Shown here: piece after piece, positions 56,309-64,000 of the stretch
Layout: every line of letters starts with the position of its first letter
Position numbering within the stretch: position 1 is the stretch's first letter
Assembly: GCA_050294405.1 (NCBI GenBank)
Contig: JBNKOC010000014.1
Span: forward strand, 1 to 64,000
Direction: 5' to 3'
DNA: 64,000 nucleotides
From: Fibrobacteria bacterium
GTDB taxonomy: Bacteria; Fibrobacterota; Fibrobacteria; UBA11236; JADFYW01
Program-made: the position numbers and the translations under genes
The notes under the pieces: model-generated
Database searches by the model: none
Seen by the model: only the letters and a program-made list of their open reading frames with translations
What the model was told of the DNA's origin: nothing

Positions 56309-57685
56309 TTAACCTTTGGGCCCTAACAACATACTGGTTATTTCCAGGCTATGTTTTGAATTTGTAAGTTTTATAATTAAAGGAATTTTTTCAGATTTCA
56401 TTTCAGATTTGGGAATTTGAATATTAATGGGAATACTTTTTAATTCTTTCGGATTTAACATAAATTGAGCGGAAGTTTTTTCAGTAAAGGCCCCTTTCGG
56501 ACTTATTACTTCCAACTTCAATTGATCTGCTTCCGGTAGCTTATTTCGGATTCTAAGGCTATACACATTGGATATGTTATTTCCCAATTCAAAATAGGGC
56601 TTGGTTCCATAGCGGGTTAAATCTGCTGAGAGGGATTTATATCCTGAGATTAAATACCCAAAGCTTATTAACAGAAAAACGGTAATAATGCTGTATACCC
56701 AAAAACGGGTTTGAAATAACCGGGTTTTTCCTCCCTCCAAATTTTCAATGGAGGCATAACGTATTAAACCTTTGGGAAGTTTATTCCCTTCCATAACCGA
56801 ATCGCAGGCATCAATACATTTGGCGCAGCCTATGCATTCCAGTTGCAGCCCATCGCGAATATCAATTCCTGTGGGACATACTTTTACACAAAAACCGCAG
56901 TCTACACAATCCCCTTTTGGGGCCACTGCATTTTTTTGAGGCTTAGCGCGAGGTTCCCCTCGATTGTTGTCGTATCCCACAATCAATGTTTTTTTATCGT
57001 ATAATGCCGATTGGAGCCTGGCGTAGGGACACATGATTATACAGGCTTGTTCTTTAAACCAGGCAAAAATACCGTAGAATAAAATGGAATCCCCTAACAT
57101 AAAGAAAAAGGCGAAGGGGTGTTCACCCGGTGAATGGATTACCGCATCCAACACATTGTCTATTCCCCAAAAATAAGCCAAAAAGCTATTGGCTATTATT
57201 GCCGAAAAGAAAAAGAATAAAGCATGTTTAGCAATCTTTCGCCACCAATAATCAAAAGTTTTAGGCCCTGCATCTCTTTTTCGGCGCACCACAGCCTTGC
57301 CTTCAATAAACCTTTCAATGGGTTCGAAGAAAAACTGCAGGAAGACTGTTTGCGGACACATCCAACCGCACCAGATTCTGCCAAAGATTGATGTTACGGC
57401 CACCATTACAATAATGAGAGCAATCATCAAAGGCAAGAATATGCGGATATCCCCTGGCCAGAAATAGGTTCCGAAAAGCACCATTTTTCTTTCCAGTACA
57501 TCCAGCATAAATAAAGGCTGTCCGGAGATTTTTATCCAGGGAATAGCCAAATATAAAATGAGCAAAAACCAGGCAGTCCACTTTCGGTATTTGAAAAAAA
57601 AGCCTTTAATTTCCCTGGGGTATAACCAGACCCGGGTTCCGTAACGGCCACTAATTGTGGATTGAGTCTGGTTTTCCCCTAACAT
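56309..57685 (-). CDS. ccoG: CcoG/FixG ferredoxin-type cupric reductase
   Basis: GRIWCGWMCPQTVF, CPYARLQ, RGEPR, CVDCGFCVKVCPTGIDIR, ECIGCAKCIDAC. Confidence 0.96.
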   Translation of the reverse strand: MLGENQTQSTISGRYGTRVWLYPREIKGFFFKYRKWTAWFLLILYLAIPWIKISGQPLFMLDVLERKMVLFGTYFWPGDIRIFLPLMIALIIVMVAVTSIFGRIWCGWMCPQTVFLQFFFEPIERFIEGKAVVRRKRDAGPKTFDYWWRKIAKHALFFFFSAIIANSFLAYFWGIDNVLDAVIHSPGEHPFAFFFMLGDSILFYGIFAWFKEQACIIMCPYARLQSALYDKKTLIVGYDNNRGEPRAKPQKNAVAPKGDCVDCGFCVKVCPTGIDIRDGLQLECIGCAKCIDACDSVMEGNKLPKGLIRYASIENLEGGKTRLFQTRFWVYSIITVFLLISFGYLISGYKSLSADLTRYGTKPYFELGNNISNVYSLRIRNKLPEADQLKLEVISPKGAFTEKTSAQFMLNPKELKSIPINIQIPKSEMKSEKIPLIIKLTNSKHSLEITSMLLGPKG

Positions 57686-58278
57686 CAGCTACCCTTTTTT
57701 TCACCTTCGGGAGCCTTGGGATTTTCCACAACCTTGCCTTCAAGGCTCATAATATAGGCAGTAAGTTCATTTACTTTTACAGGACCTAACATGGCTTCCC
57801 AGCTCACCATGCCTTTTTCGGGAAATCCCATAGCAATGGATTTTCGAATATCTTCGGGCGCATAACCATGTATCCAATAGGCATCGGTTAAATTTGGCCC
57901 CACAATACCCTGGCCTTCCATGCCATGACAAGCGATGCAATTGGTCATGTATAGGTTTTTGCCATTTTCAATGGCCACAGGGTCTGCCAGATAATCGCTT
58001 AGGGATTCTGATTTTAACCCTTCAGCCTGTTTTAGCTCAGCATTTTGCTTTTCGCTCTCAATGTTCAATCTGCCCACACTCCAGGCTAAACGGGCGTGAT
58101 CGCCGCTTACATCAGAAACCTGGCTTTCCACGGCAAAATAGTATCCACAATACCAGCATGATGTTATAATGGTAAAATAGAACAAATACACCCACCACCT
58201 GGGAAGCGGGTTGTCGTATTCGCGGATACCATCATAGTCGTGTCCCGCGCTGATTAGCAAATCTTTTTCTTCGCTCAT
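57685..58278 (-). CDS. ccoP: cbb3 oxidase subunit III (short, monoheme CcoP)
   Basis: HDYDGIREYDNPLPRWW; single CIACH; GPNLTD.YWIHG. Confidence 0.93.
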   Translation of the reverse strand: MSEEKDLLISAGHDYDGIREYDNPLPRWWVYLFYFTIITSCWYCGYYFAVESQVSDVSGDHARLAWSVGRLNIESEKQNAELKQAEGLKSESLSDYLADPVAIENGKNLYMTNCIACHGMEGQGIVGPNLTDAYWIHGYAPEDIRKSIAMGFPEKGMVSWEAMLGPVKVNELTAYIMSLEGKVVENPKAPEGEKKGS

Positions 58279-58469
58279 AGGTTAGACTCCTTCGTTCCCT
58301 TGGTCTGAATGTTATCATTAAGTGGAAGCTGGCTCATTTCCAGATATAAATCCTTGGAGTGTTTGCGGTATATCCACAAAAATACCAGGCCAAACCAGCC
58401 AATAAATATGGTCAAGGCTGCAATCTGAAAAGAAACCAGGTTTGCGTGTTCCATTACATTGCGTATCAT
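58275..58469 (-). CDS. ccoQ: cbb3 oxidase subunit CcoQ
   Basis: 64 aa, one TM, MSQLPL; overlaps both ccoNO and ccoP. Confidence 0.85.
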   Translation of the reverse strand: MIRNVMEHANLVSFQIAALTIFIGWFGLVFLWIYRKHSKDLYLEMSQLPLNDNIQTKGTKESNL

Positions 58470-60586
58470 TTTTGCGCCCTCCTCCAGTCAATGTCTGTGC
58501 CCAGACGTTGCAAATAGGAAATCAAAGCCACCATTTCCGTGTTATCCAATCCCGGACTGCCTTCTCCAGCCAGTTTGGAACCAATTTCCCGGGCCTGAGC
58601 CTTGGCATCGTTGGCGGCATTTTTAATTTCTTCTTTGCTGTAGGGCACTCCCAGTTTGCTCATGGCCTTAAGCTTCATGGGCAACTCTTCAAACACAACT
58701 TCGGATTTAGCTAAAAAACCATAGTTAGGCATCACTGAGCCTGGGCTTGTGGCCCTGGGATCTTCCAAATGGCGCAAGTGCCATACATCGCTAAACTTGC
58801 CTCCTACTCTGTGTAAATCAGGCCCAATTCGACGGGAGCCCCACTGAAATGGATGGTCGTATACAAATTCCCCAGGTTTGGAATAGGTCCCGTAGCGGGC
58901 CACTTCATCCCTAAAGGGTCTTACCATTTGGGAATGGCAATTGTAGCATCCTTCCCTAACATATATATCCCGTCCTTCCAATTCCAAAGCTGTGTACGGC
59001 TTTACAGTTGAAATAGTGGGCACGTTAGATTCAATTACAAAGGTTGGGATTAGCTCTATAAAGGTGCCGATCAAAAGCACCCCAACGGTTAAACCCACCA
59101 TTAACATGGGTTTAGCTTCCAAAATGGCGTGGCCTTTTAATGGGGCGTGGTTGCCGTTATCAATAGTAGCTGGTACGCTAACTTCCTCATCTTCAGGCGC
59201 TTTAGCGGCAGATATGGTTTTAGCCACATTTATTATCATCAGAATTACACCTGAAAAATAAAGGAGCCCTCCCAACAAACGCACCCAATAAAGAGGAATT
59301 AGCTTAGTCACAGTTTCCACAAAATTGGGATATTGTAATAGTCCGCTGTCGTTAAATTCTTTCCACATCAGGCCCTGGGTGATTCCAGCAAACCACATGG
59401 AAACCACGTAGAAAATAATTCCAATGGTAGCTATCCAGAAATGCACTGTGGCAAGACCCACACTGTGCAAAGGCTGCCTCCATAATTTGGGAACCAAAAA
59501 GTACACCATACCAAACACCAAAAGGCCCACCCAGCCTAAGGCCCCGGAATGAACATGGCCAATGGTCCAATCGGTATAATGAGATAAGGCATTTACGCTT
59601 TTAATGGACATCAAAGGCCCTTCAAAGGTAGACATGCCATAGAATGTGACCGCAGCTACAAAAAATTTAATTACAGGGTCGGTGCGTAATTTGTCCCACG
59701 CGCCCCGCAATGTGAGCAATCCGTTAATCATACCGCCCCAGGAGGGCGCAATCAACATTACTGAAAACACCATACCCAAGCTTTGGGCCCAGTCGGGAAG
59801 AGCGGTATAATGTAAATGGTGGGGCCCCGCCCAAATGTATAGAAAAACCAAGGCCCAAAAGTGAATCACAGAAAGGCGATAAGAATAAACAGGCCTTCCT
59901 GAAGCCTTGGGAATAAAATAATACATGATTCCCAAAAAAGGCGTGGTCAACAAAAAGCCCACCGCGTTGTGGCCATACCACCATTGCACCAGAGCATCCT
60001 GCACACCGGCATACAGGCTGTAACTTTTAAACAGCCCCACTGGCATAGCAAGGGAATTGGTAATATGCAATATAGCGATGGTAATAATGGTTGCTATATA
60101 AAACCAGATGGCTACATATATATGCTTTTCCCTGCGGGTGAAAACCGTCCCGAAAAAGTTAATGGCAAAAACCACCCAAATGAGGGCAATGGCAATATCA
60201 ATGGGCCATTCCAGTTCTGCGTATTCTTTACCACTGGTAATGCCCAAAGGTATAGTAATCGCCGCAGAAACTATAATAAGTTGCCAGCCCCAAAAATGAA
60301 TTTTGGAAAGCATATCATTAAACATGCGGGCTTTTAACAATCTTTGAGAAGAATAATATATCCCCGCAAATACCGCATTTCCCGCAAAAGCAAAAATAAC
60401 CGCATTGGTATGGAGAGGCCTTAAGCGGCCAAATGATAACCAGGGCAAATTGAAATTAAATTTCCAGGAGCCCAATTGCGTTGCAATCAGCAGCCCCACT
60501 AACATGCCCACAGCTCCCCATAAAATTGTAGCCAGTAAAAAATACCGGACAATCTTATCATCATATTTAATTTTTTGCATGTGCAT
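58466..60586 (-). CDS. ccoN: Fused cbb3 cytochrome c oxidase subunits I and II (CcoN-CcoO)
   Basis: [29 protein letters not shown]; CcoO part [22 protein letters not shown] 60580 is an alternative start. Confidence 0.97.
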   Translation of the reverse strand: MHMQKIKYDDKIVRYFLLATILWGAVGMLVGLLIATQLGSWKFNFNLPWLSFGRLRPLHTNAVIFAFAGNAVFAGIYYSSQRLLKARMFNDMLSKIHFWGWQLIIVSAAITIPLGITSGKEYAELEWPIDIAIALIWVVFAINFFGTVFTRREKHIYVAIWFYIATIITIAILHITNSLAMPVGLFKSYSLYAGVQDALVQWWYGHNAVGFLLTTPFLGIMYYFIPKASGRPVYSYRLSVIHFWALVFLYIWAGPHHLHYTALPDWAQSLGMVFSVMLIAPSWGGMINGLLTLRGAWDKLRTDPVIKFFVAAVTFYGMSTFEGPLMSIKSVNALSHYTDWTIGHVHSGALGWVGLLVFGMVYFLVPKLWRQPLHSVGLATVHFWIATIGIIFYVVSMWFAGITQGLMWKEFNDSGLLQYPNFVETVTKLIPLYWVRLLGGLLYFSGVILMIINVAKTISAAKAPEDEEVSVPATIDNGNHAPLKGHAILEAKPMLMVGLTVGVLLIGTFIELIPTFVIESNVPTISTVKPYTALELEGRDIYVREGCYNCHSQMVRPFRDEVARYGTYSKPGEFVYDHPFQWGSRRIGPDLHRVGGKFSDVWHLRHLEDPRATSPGSVMPNYGFLAKSEVVFEELPMKLKAMSKLGVPYSKEEIKNAANDAKAQAREIGSKLAGEGSPGLDNTEMVALISYLQRLGTDIDWRRAQK

Positions 60587-60761
60587 CCTTTAAAGATTGA
60601 GGTGAAATACTTTTGTCCATTGGATCGGAATCAAACAAAACCCTCCAGCGAGGTGATTCGAAATCCTTAAACTGGCCTTTTCGAATAGCATATAAACATA
60701 GGCCTACAAAAAGCGCCGCCATGGAAATGGAAATAGGAATCAAAACAAAAAGAACATTCAT
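60567..60761 (-). CDS. ccoS: cbb3 assembly protein CcoS/FixS
   Basis: LIPISI...GQFKD..SP..RVL.D. Confidence 0.9.
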   Translation of the reverse strand: MNVLFVLIPISISMAALFVGLCLYAIRKGQFKDFESPRWRVLFDSDPMDKSISPQSLKDAHAKN

Positions 60762-60895
60762 TATTTATCCAGGCTTTGAAGTTGGCTGGCCATTTCTTTG
60801 CCGTTATTTAAGCCCATGGTAATCGATATGGCCGTCCCAATTACTATGAGCAAGCCTACGATTATCATTTCCAACATTATTCTCTTTGATTTCAT
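60761..60895 (-). CDS. Small 44-aa single-pass membrane protein of unknown function in the cco operon
   Basis: Manual translation MKSKRIMLEMIIVGLLIVIGTAISITMGLNNGKEMASQLQSLDK. AAGGAG RBS 4 nt upstream; the stop overlaps the ccoS start (TAATG); it fills the intergenic gap. Below the ORF-track length cutoff. Confidence 0.75.
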   Translation of the reverse strand: MKSKRIMLEMIIVGLLIVIGTAISITMGLNNGKEMASQLQSLDK

Positions 60896-60907
60896 ATAAC
60901 TCCTTGG

Positions 60908-61579
60908 TTAATGATGAAGCATGCAGGCTGGTTGGAATAAACCCAACGCCCCCGCGCCGTTCCAAACTGCAAGTCCCAAAAACATTGAGGCCAAAACCAC
61001 TTGCCTGGCCTTTCCCTTAAAACCCGGAATTTTATCCACTGCTATTGCTGCAGCAAAAGCGGGTAATGTTACCGCCCACAGGGCAATCATTCCAGTAACG
61101 CCTAATAAAACATGGGGCACAGACAAACTCCAAATAAGTACAGCGTAGGTACTTGGACAGGGAAGCGCCCCAGCCGCAAGCCCCATGAAATAGCTGGATT
61201 TTCCATAGTTACTGGCCATTTTTCCGGATTTGAAAACCGCGGGTAAAAGGCGAGCCCATATTTTTTCCCCCACTGCATTTCCCCGGAATATGTATGTCAG
61301 TGAAAACAGCAGATAAAACAGGGCCAGGGCTCCAACAAATACCCTGGACAATCCCATATTCAAACGCACATGAATCACTTCTCCCAAACTGCCACCAATA
61401 AGACCAAGGGATATATAAGTGGTAAGCCGCCCTAATTGAAAAAGGCTATTGCTTTTTAAAGCCGATGTTTTGGAATGAGCCACCAGCGCAAAACTTAAAG
61501 GCCCGCACATACCCATGCAATGTGAAAACGCACTAAACAACCCTATAGACAGGGGCACTATTAATAATCCAAATTCCAT
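60908..61579 (-). CDS. DsbD_2/TauE-like membrane protein associated with cbb3 assembly
   Basis: SHCMGMCG, GRLTTY, ALPCP; about 6 TM segments; first gene of the cco operon. Confidence 0.88.
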   Translation of the reverse strand: MEFGLLIVPLSIGLFSAFSHCMGMCGPLSFALVAHSKTSALKSNSLFQLGRLTTYISLGLIGGSLGEVIHVRLNMGLSRVFVGALALFYLLFSLTYIFRGNAVGEKIWARLLPAVFKSGKMASNYGKSSYFMGLAAGALPCPSTYAVLIWSLSVPHVLLGVTGMIALWAVTLPAFAAAIAVDKIPGFKGKARQVVLASMFLGLAVWNGAGALGLFQPACMLHH

Positions 61580-61679
61580 GGTTTTTTCTCTGCCGCAATT
61601 TCTTGCGAGGATTATGCCAGAGAGAAAATTGAAAAATTAAAGGCGAAATTGGCGTTTTTTTGAAATTTTTGCTAATAAA

Positions 61680-61716
61680 AATGCCAATATGTCATTATAA
61701 TCGACATATTGGCATT
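61680..61716. promoter_or_regulatory. 37-bp near-perfect palindrome centred on TATAAT; candidate operator/promoter of the cco operon and/or fabF terminator
   Basis: AATGCCAATATGTCATTA|TAAT(C)GACATATTGGCATT: 18-bp arms with a single extra C. Confidence 0.6.
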
Positions 61717-61747
61717 ACATGAAAGATTGACAGAGACTTAAATCTAA

Positions 61748-62980
61748 TTAGGCCTTTTGGAAAATAACCGTGGAATTGTGTCCGCCAAAACCAAAACTGT
61801 TGGACATGCCAAACTCAACGTTAATATCCTGAGCCACGTTAGCCACACAATCCACATCACATTCGGGGTCTTGTTTGTCCACGTTAATCGTGGGATGGGC
61901 TTTTTGACGCAACAAGGTTTCTACCAATACCACCGCTTCAATGGCAGAGGCCGCTCCCAGTGGATGGCCTAACATGGATTTGGTGCCATGTAACTTGGTG
62001 TCCTGAATGGCGGAGCCAAATACTTTTTTAATAGCTTTAACTTCGGCCACATCTCCTAAAGGCGTTGAAGTGGCATGGCAATTGATTATTCCAATGTCTT
62101 TGGCTTCCAGCTCAGCATCTTTTAAAGCCTTGCCCACAGCCAAGGCCACGCCTTCCCCTGTTTCCAAGGGAGCAGACATATGGTAGGCGTCACAGCTTGC
62201 GCCATAACCTTTTAATACAGCTAAAATTTTCGCGCCCCGGGCTTCCGCATGAGCTCTGGATTCCAAAACTATGGCTCCTCCGCCTTCGCCCATTACAAAT
62301 CCATTTCTGTCTTGATCAAATGGACGTGAAGCCTGGCCGGGTTTATCATTCCAACGGCTAAGGGCCTTCATATTGGAAAAGCCAGCCAAGGAGGCAGGGC
62401 AGACAGATTCTTCCGAACCGCCGGCAACCATAATATCGGCTCTTCCCAAACGGATTTCATCGGCAGCAGACATAATGGCATGGTTACCTGTAGCACAGGC
62501 AGAAACCACAGACCAGTTTGGACCCATCCAGCCTAAATTAATAGCCACCATTCCCGAACCCATATTGGAAATAGCCATGGGAATAAAGAAAGGTGAAACT
62601 CTGCTGGGGCTTTTATTTTCCATGGCTATGGCGTTTTGAGTAAATACTTCTATTCCACCCATTCCGCTGCCCACAATCACCCCCGCGCGGGTTTTGTCAA
62701 AGTTGCCCTCTTTTAACCCGGCATTTTCCACAGCAGTTACAGCAGAGTGCATAATGTAATGGATATAACGGCTGGTGCGGCTCACTTCCTTGGCTTCAAA
62801 ATAAGGCGAAGCGTCAAAATCTCTGATTTCACCTGCAAAACGCACAGAATGCTTTTCGGTATCAAAACGAATAATGGGTTCAACGCCGGATTTTCCTGCC
62901 AAAAGATTGTCCATAAGTTCGCCAGGGGTATTGCCCAAGGCTGTGACACATCCCAGTCCGGTAACTACAACTTCCTGCAT
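61748..62980 (-). CDS. fabF: 3-oxoacyl-ACP synthase II
   Basis: VVVTGLG, SACATG (catalytic Cys), SRPFD, HATST, KSMLGH, SNSFGFGGHN. Confidence 0.96.
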   Translation of the reverse strand: MQEVVVTGLGCVTALGNTPGELMDNLLAGKSGVEPIIRFDTEKHSVRFAGEIRDFDASPYFEAKEVSRTSRYIHYIMHSAVTAVENAGLKEGNFDKTRAGVIVGSGMGGIEVFTQNAIAMENKSPSRVSPFFIPMAISNMGSGMVAINLGWMGPNWSVVSACATGNHAIMSAADEIRLGRADIMVAGGSEESVCPASLAGFSNMKALSRWNDKPGQASRPFDQDRNGFVMGEGGGAIVLESRAHAEARGAKILAVLKGYGASCDAYHMSAPLETGEGVALAVGKALKDAELEAKDIGIINCHATSTPLGDVAEVKAIKKVFGSAIQDTKLHGTKSMLGHPLGAASAIEAVVLVETLLRQKAHPTINVDKQDPECDVDCVANVAQDINVEFGMSNSFGFGGHNSTVIFQKA

Positions 62981-63084
62981 TTTATCTCTCTCCCCGAATT
63001 CCTTTAAAAAATGAAATATTCTATTATTTGTGGGCTAATAATAATAATTTTCTAAGAACCACTCATAGTAATGAAAGAATATTG

Positions 63085-63645
63085 ATGGCAATTGCAGAAA
63101 ACACAAAAAACCTGGTTTGGATAGACATGGAATTTTCCGGTTTAGACCCGGAAAAAGAGGCAATTTTGGAAATTGCTACCATCATTACCGATAGCGACCT
63201 CAATATTTTAGCCACCGGACCTGTGATTGCCGTTCACCAGGAAGAAAGCCTGCTGGAAGCCATGGACGATTGGAATCAAAGCCACCATAGCAAATCAGGC
63301 CTTACTAACCGGGTTCGTCAGTCCACCGAAACCCATGCCTCTGCCGAAAGGGCCACGCTGGATTTTGTGGCTAGCTACTGCGCTAAAAACACTTCACCCC
63401 TTTGCGGCAATTCCATCCACCAGGACAGACGCTTTTTATACAAATATATGCCCGAGCTTTCCGAATACCTGCACTATCGCAATATCGACGTGAGCACCTT
63501 AAAAGAATTGGCTGTGCGCTGGTACCCCCAAATCCCCCTTTACAAAAAAAAGGAAGAACACCGGGCTTTGCAGGATATTAAAGAATCCATCGAAGAGCTG
63601 CGCTATTGGCGTCAGATTTTCTTTCAAAATCCAACGCTTCCTTAA
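63085..63645 (+). CDS. orn: Oligoribonuclease
   Basis: LVWIDMEFSGL, CGNSI.QDRRFL, HYRNIDVSTLKEL, HRAL.DI.ESI.EL. Confidence 0.96.
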   Translation: MAIAENTKNLVWIDMEFSGLDPEKEAILEIATIITDSDLNILATGPVIAVHQEESLLEAMDDWNQSHHSKSGLTNRVRQSTETHASAERATLDFVASYCAKNTSPLCGNSIHQDRRFLYKYMPELSEYLHYRNIDVSTLKELAVRWYPQIPLYKKKEEHRALQDIKESIEELRYWRQIFFQNPTLP

Positions 63646-63695
63646 ATTGCTGCAATAATTTTTTCCTGACTGCCTATCAAATAAAAGCCCACGGG

Positions 63696-64000
63696 CTAAA
63701 CCGACAGGCACATGGCTGCAAAAATAAAGTCTCCTGACTTTTTATATCTTCCTCTAAGCTCTGTAGGCTCTCTCCACTTAGAAAAAGTCTTTTGCAATTC
63801 CCCCTTAAAACTTTGCTCCTTGGAATCAAGAATAATGCGGGCATCCTTAAAACCAAAAAACTCTTTAGTTAAAGGGTATAGGGCCTTGTATAAACATTCT
63901 TTAGCGCAAAAAATTTTTAGCAGATAATTGCGATACTCTTCCGAACCCTCTCTATGTAGGTTTAACATTTCAAGCTCTGTTGGAGTGCATATGTGTCTGG
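63696..64000 (-). CDS. 4'-phosphopantetheinyl transferase (EntD/Sfp-like), 3' part only
   Basis: IFCAKECLYKALYP motif, FFGFKD; the frame is open to the window edge. Confidence 0.8.
   Translation of the reverse strand, partial: RHICTPTELEMLNLHREGSEEYRNYLLKIFCAKECLYKALYPLTKEFFGFKDARIILDSKEQSFKGELQKTFSKWREPTELRGRYKKSGDFIFAAMCLSV

Noticed and set aside
60850..60895. Pilin-like look of the small cco ORF (KRIMLEMIIV)
   Set aside because: It lacks the Gly at -1 and the Glu at +5 of the prepilin motif, and has no pilus gene context.
1..64000. CRISPR arrays, rRNA/tRNA genes, IS elements, prophage or defence systems
   Set aside because: No spaced direct repeats, RNA-gene signatures, transposase, integrase, phage or nuclease-defence motifs were recognised; intergenic gaps are all under about 400 bp.

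Overview
AT-rich bacterial chromosomal window with about 45 protein-coding genes. I recognised no rRNA, tRNA, CRISPR array, transposase or integrase. The host is probably an aerobic or microaerobic Fibrobacterota-like (FCB) organism. This is an inference from T9SS-like C-terminal tails combined with strong GGAGG Shine-Dalgarno use, CarD and Orn, a mix atypical of Bacteroidota. Left part (1-19.5 kb): CarD, a DEAD-box helicase, a disrupted gene, and an envelope-biogenesis block (M48 lipoprotein protease, TamA/TamB, DUF4197, AsmA, TonB-dependent receptor). Centre (21.6-48.5 kb): a SusCD-free cluster of secreted plant-polysaccharide enzymes, namely a Teredinibacter-type AA10 LPMO, several carbohydrate esterases, a GH5 mannanase, a CE4, a PL11-like protein, a ThuA protein and a sugar-dehydrogenase-like beta-propeller. 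These surround a sugar/sugar-acid module (NRAMP-like transporter, Gfo/Idh/MocA, AraC, SDR, ManD). Right part: DUF72, xseAB, fbaA, an RlmA-like methylase, a complete cbb3 oxidase operon (fused ccoNO), fabF, orn and a partial PPTase. The best leads are: (i) a candidate oxidative polysaccharide-utilisation system around the LPMO; (ii) three positional variants of a sorting-like module (full C-terminal, truncated DxxG[RK] tail, and inserted inside an N-terminal beta-sandwich); (iii) an unannotated 44-aa membrane protein coupled to ccoS, with a 37-bp palindrome upstream of the operon; (iv) probable ATT and CTG start codons. All family calls come from motif recognition by eye; no database search was run.
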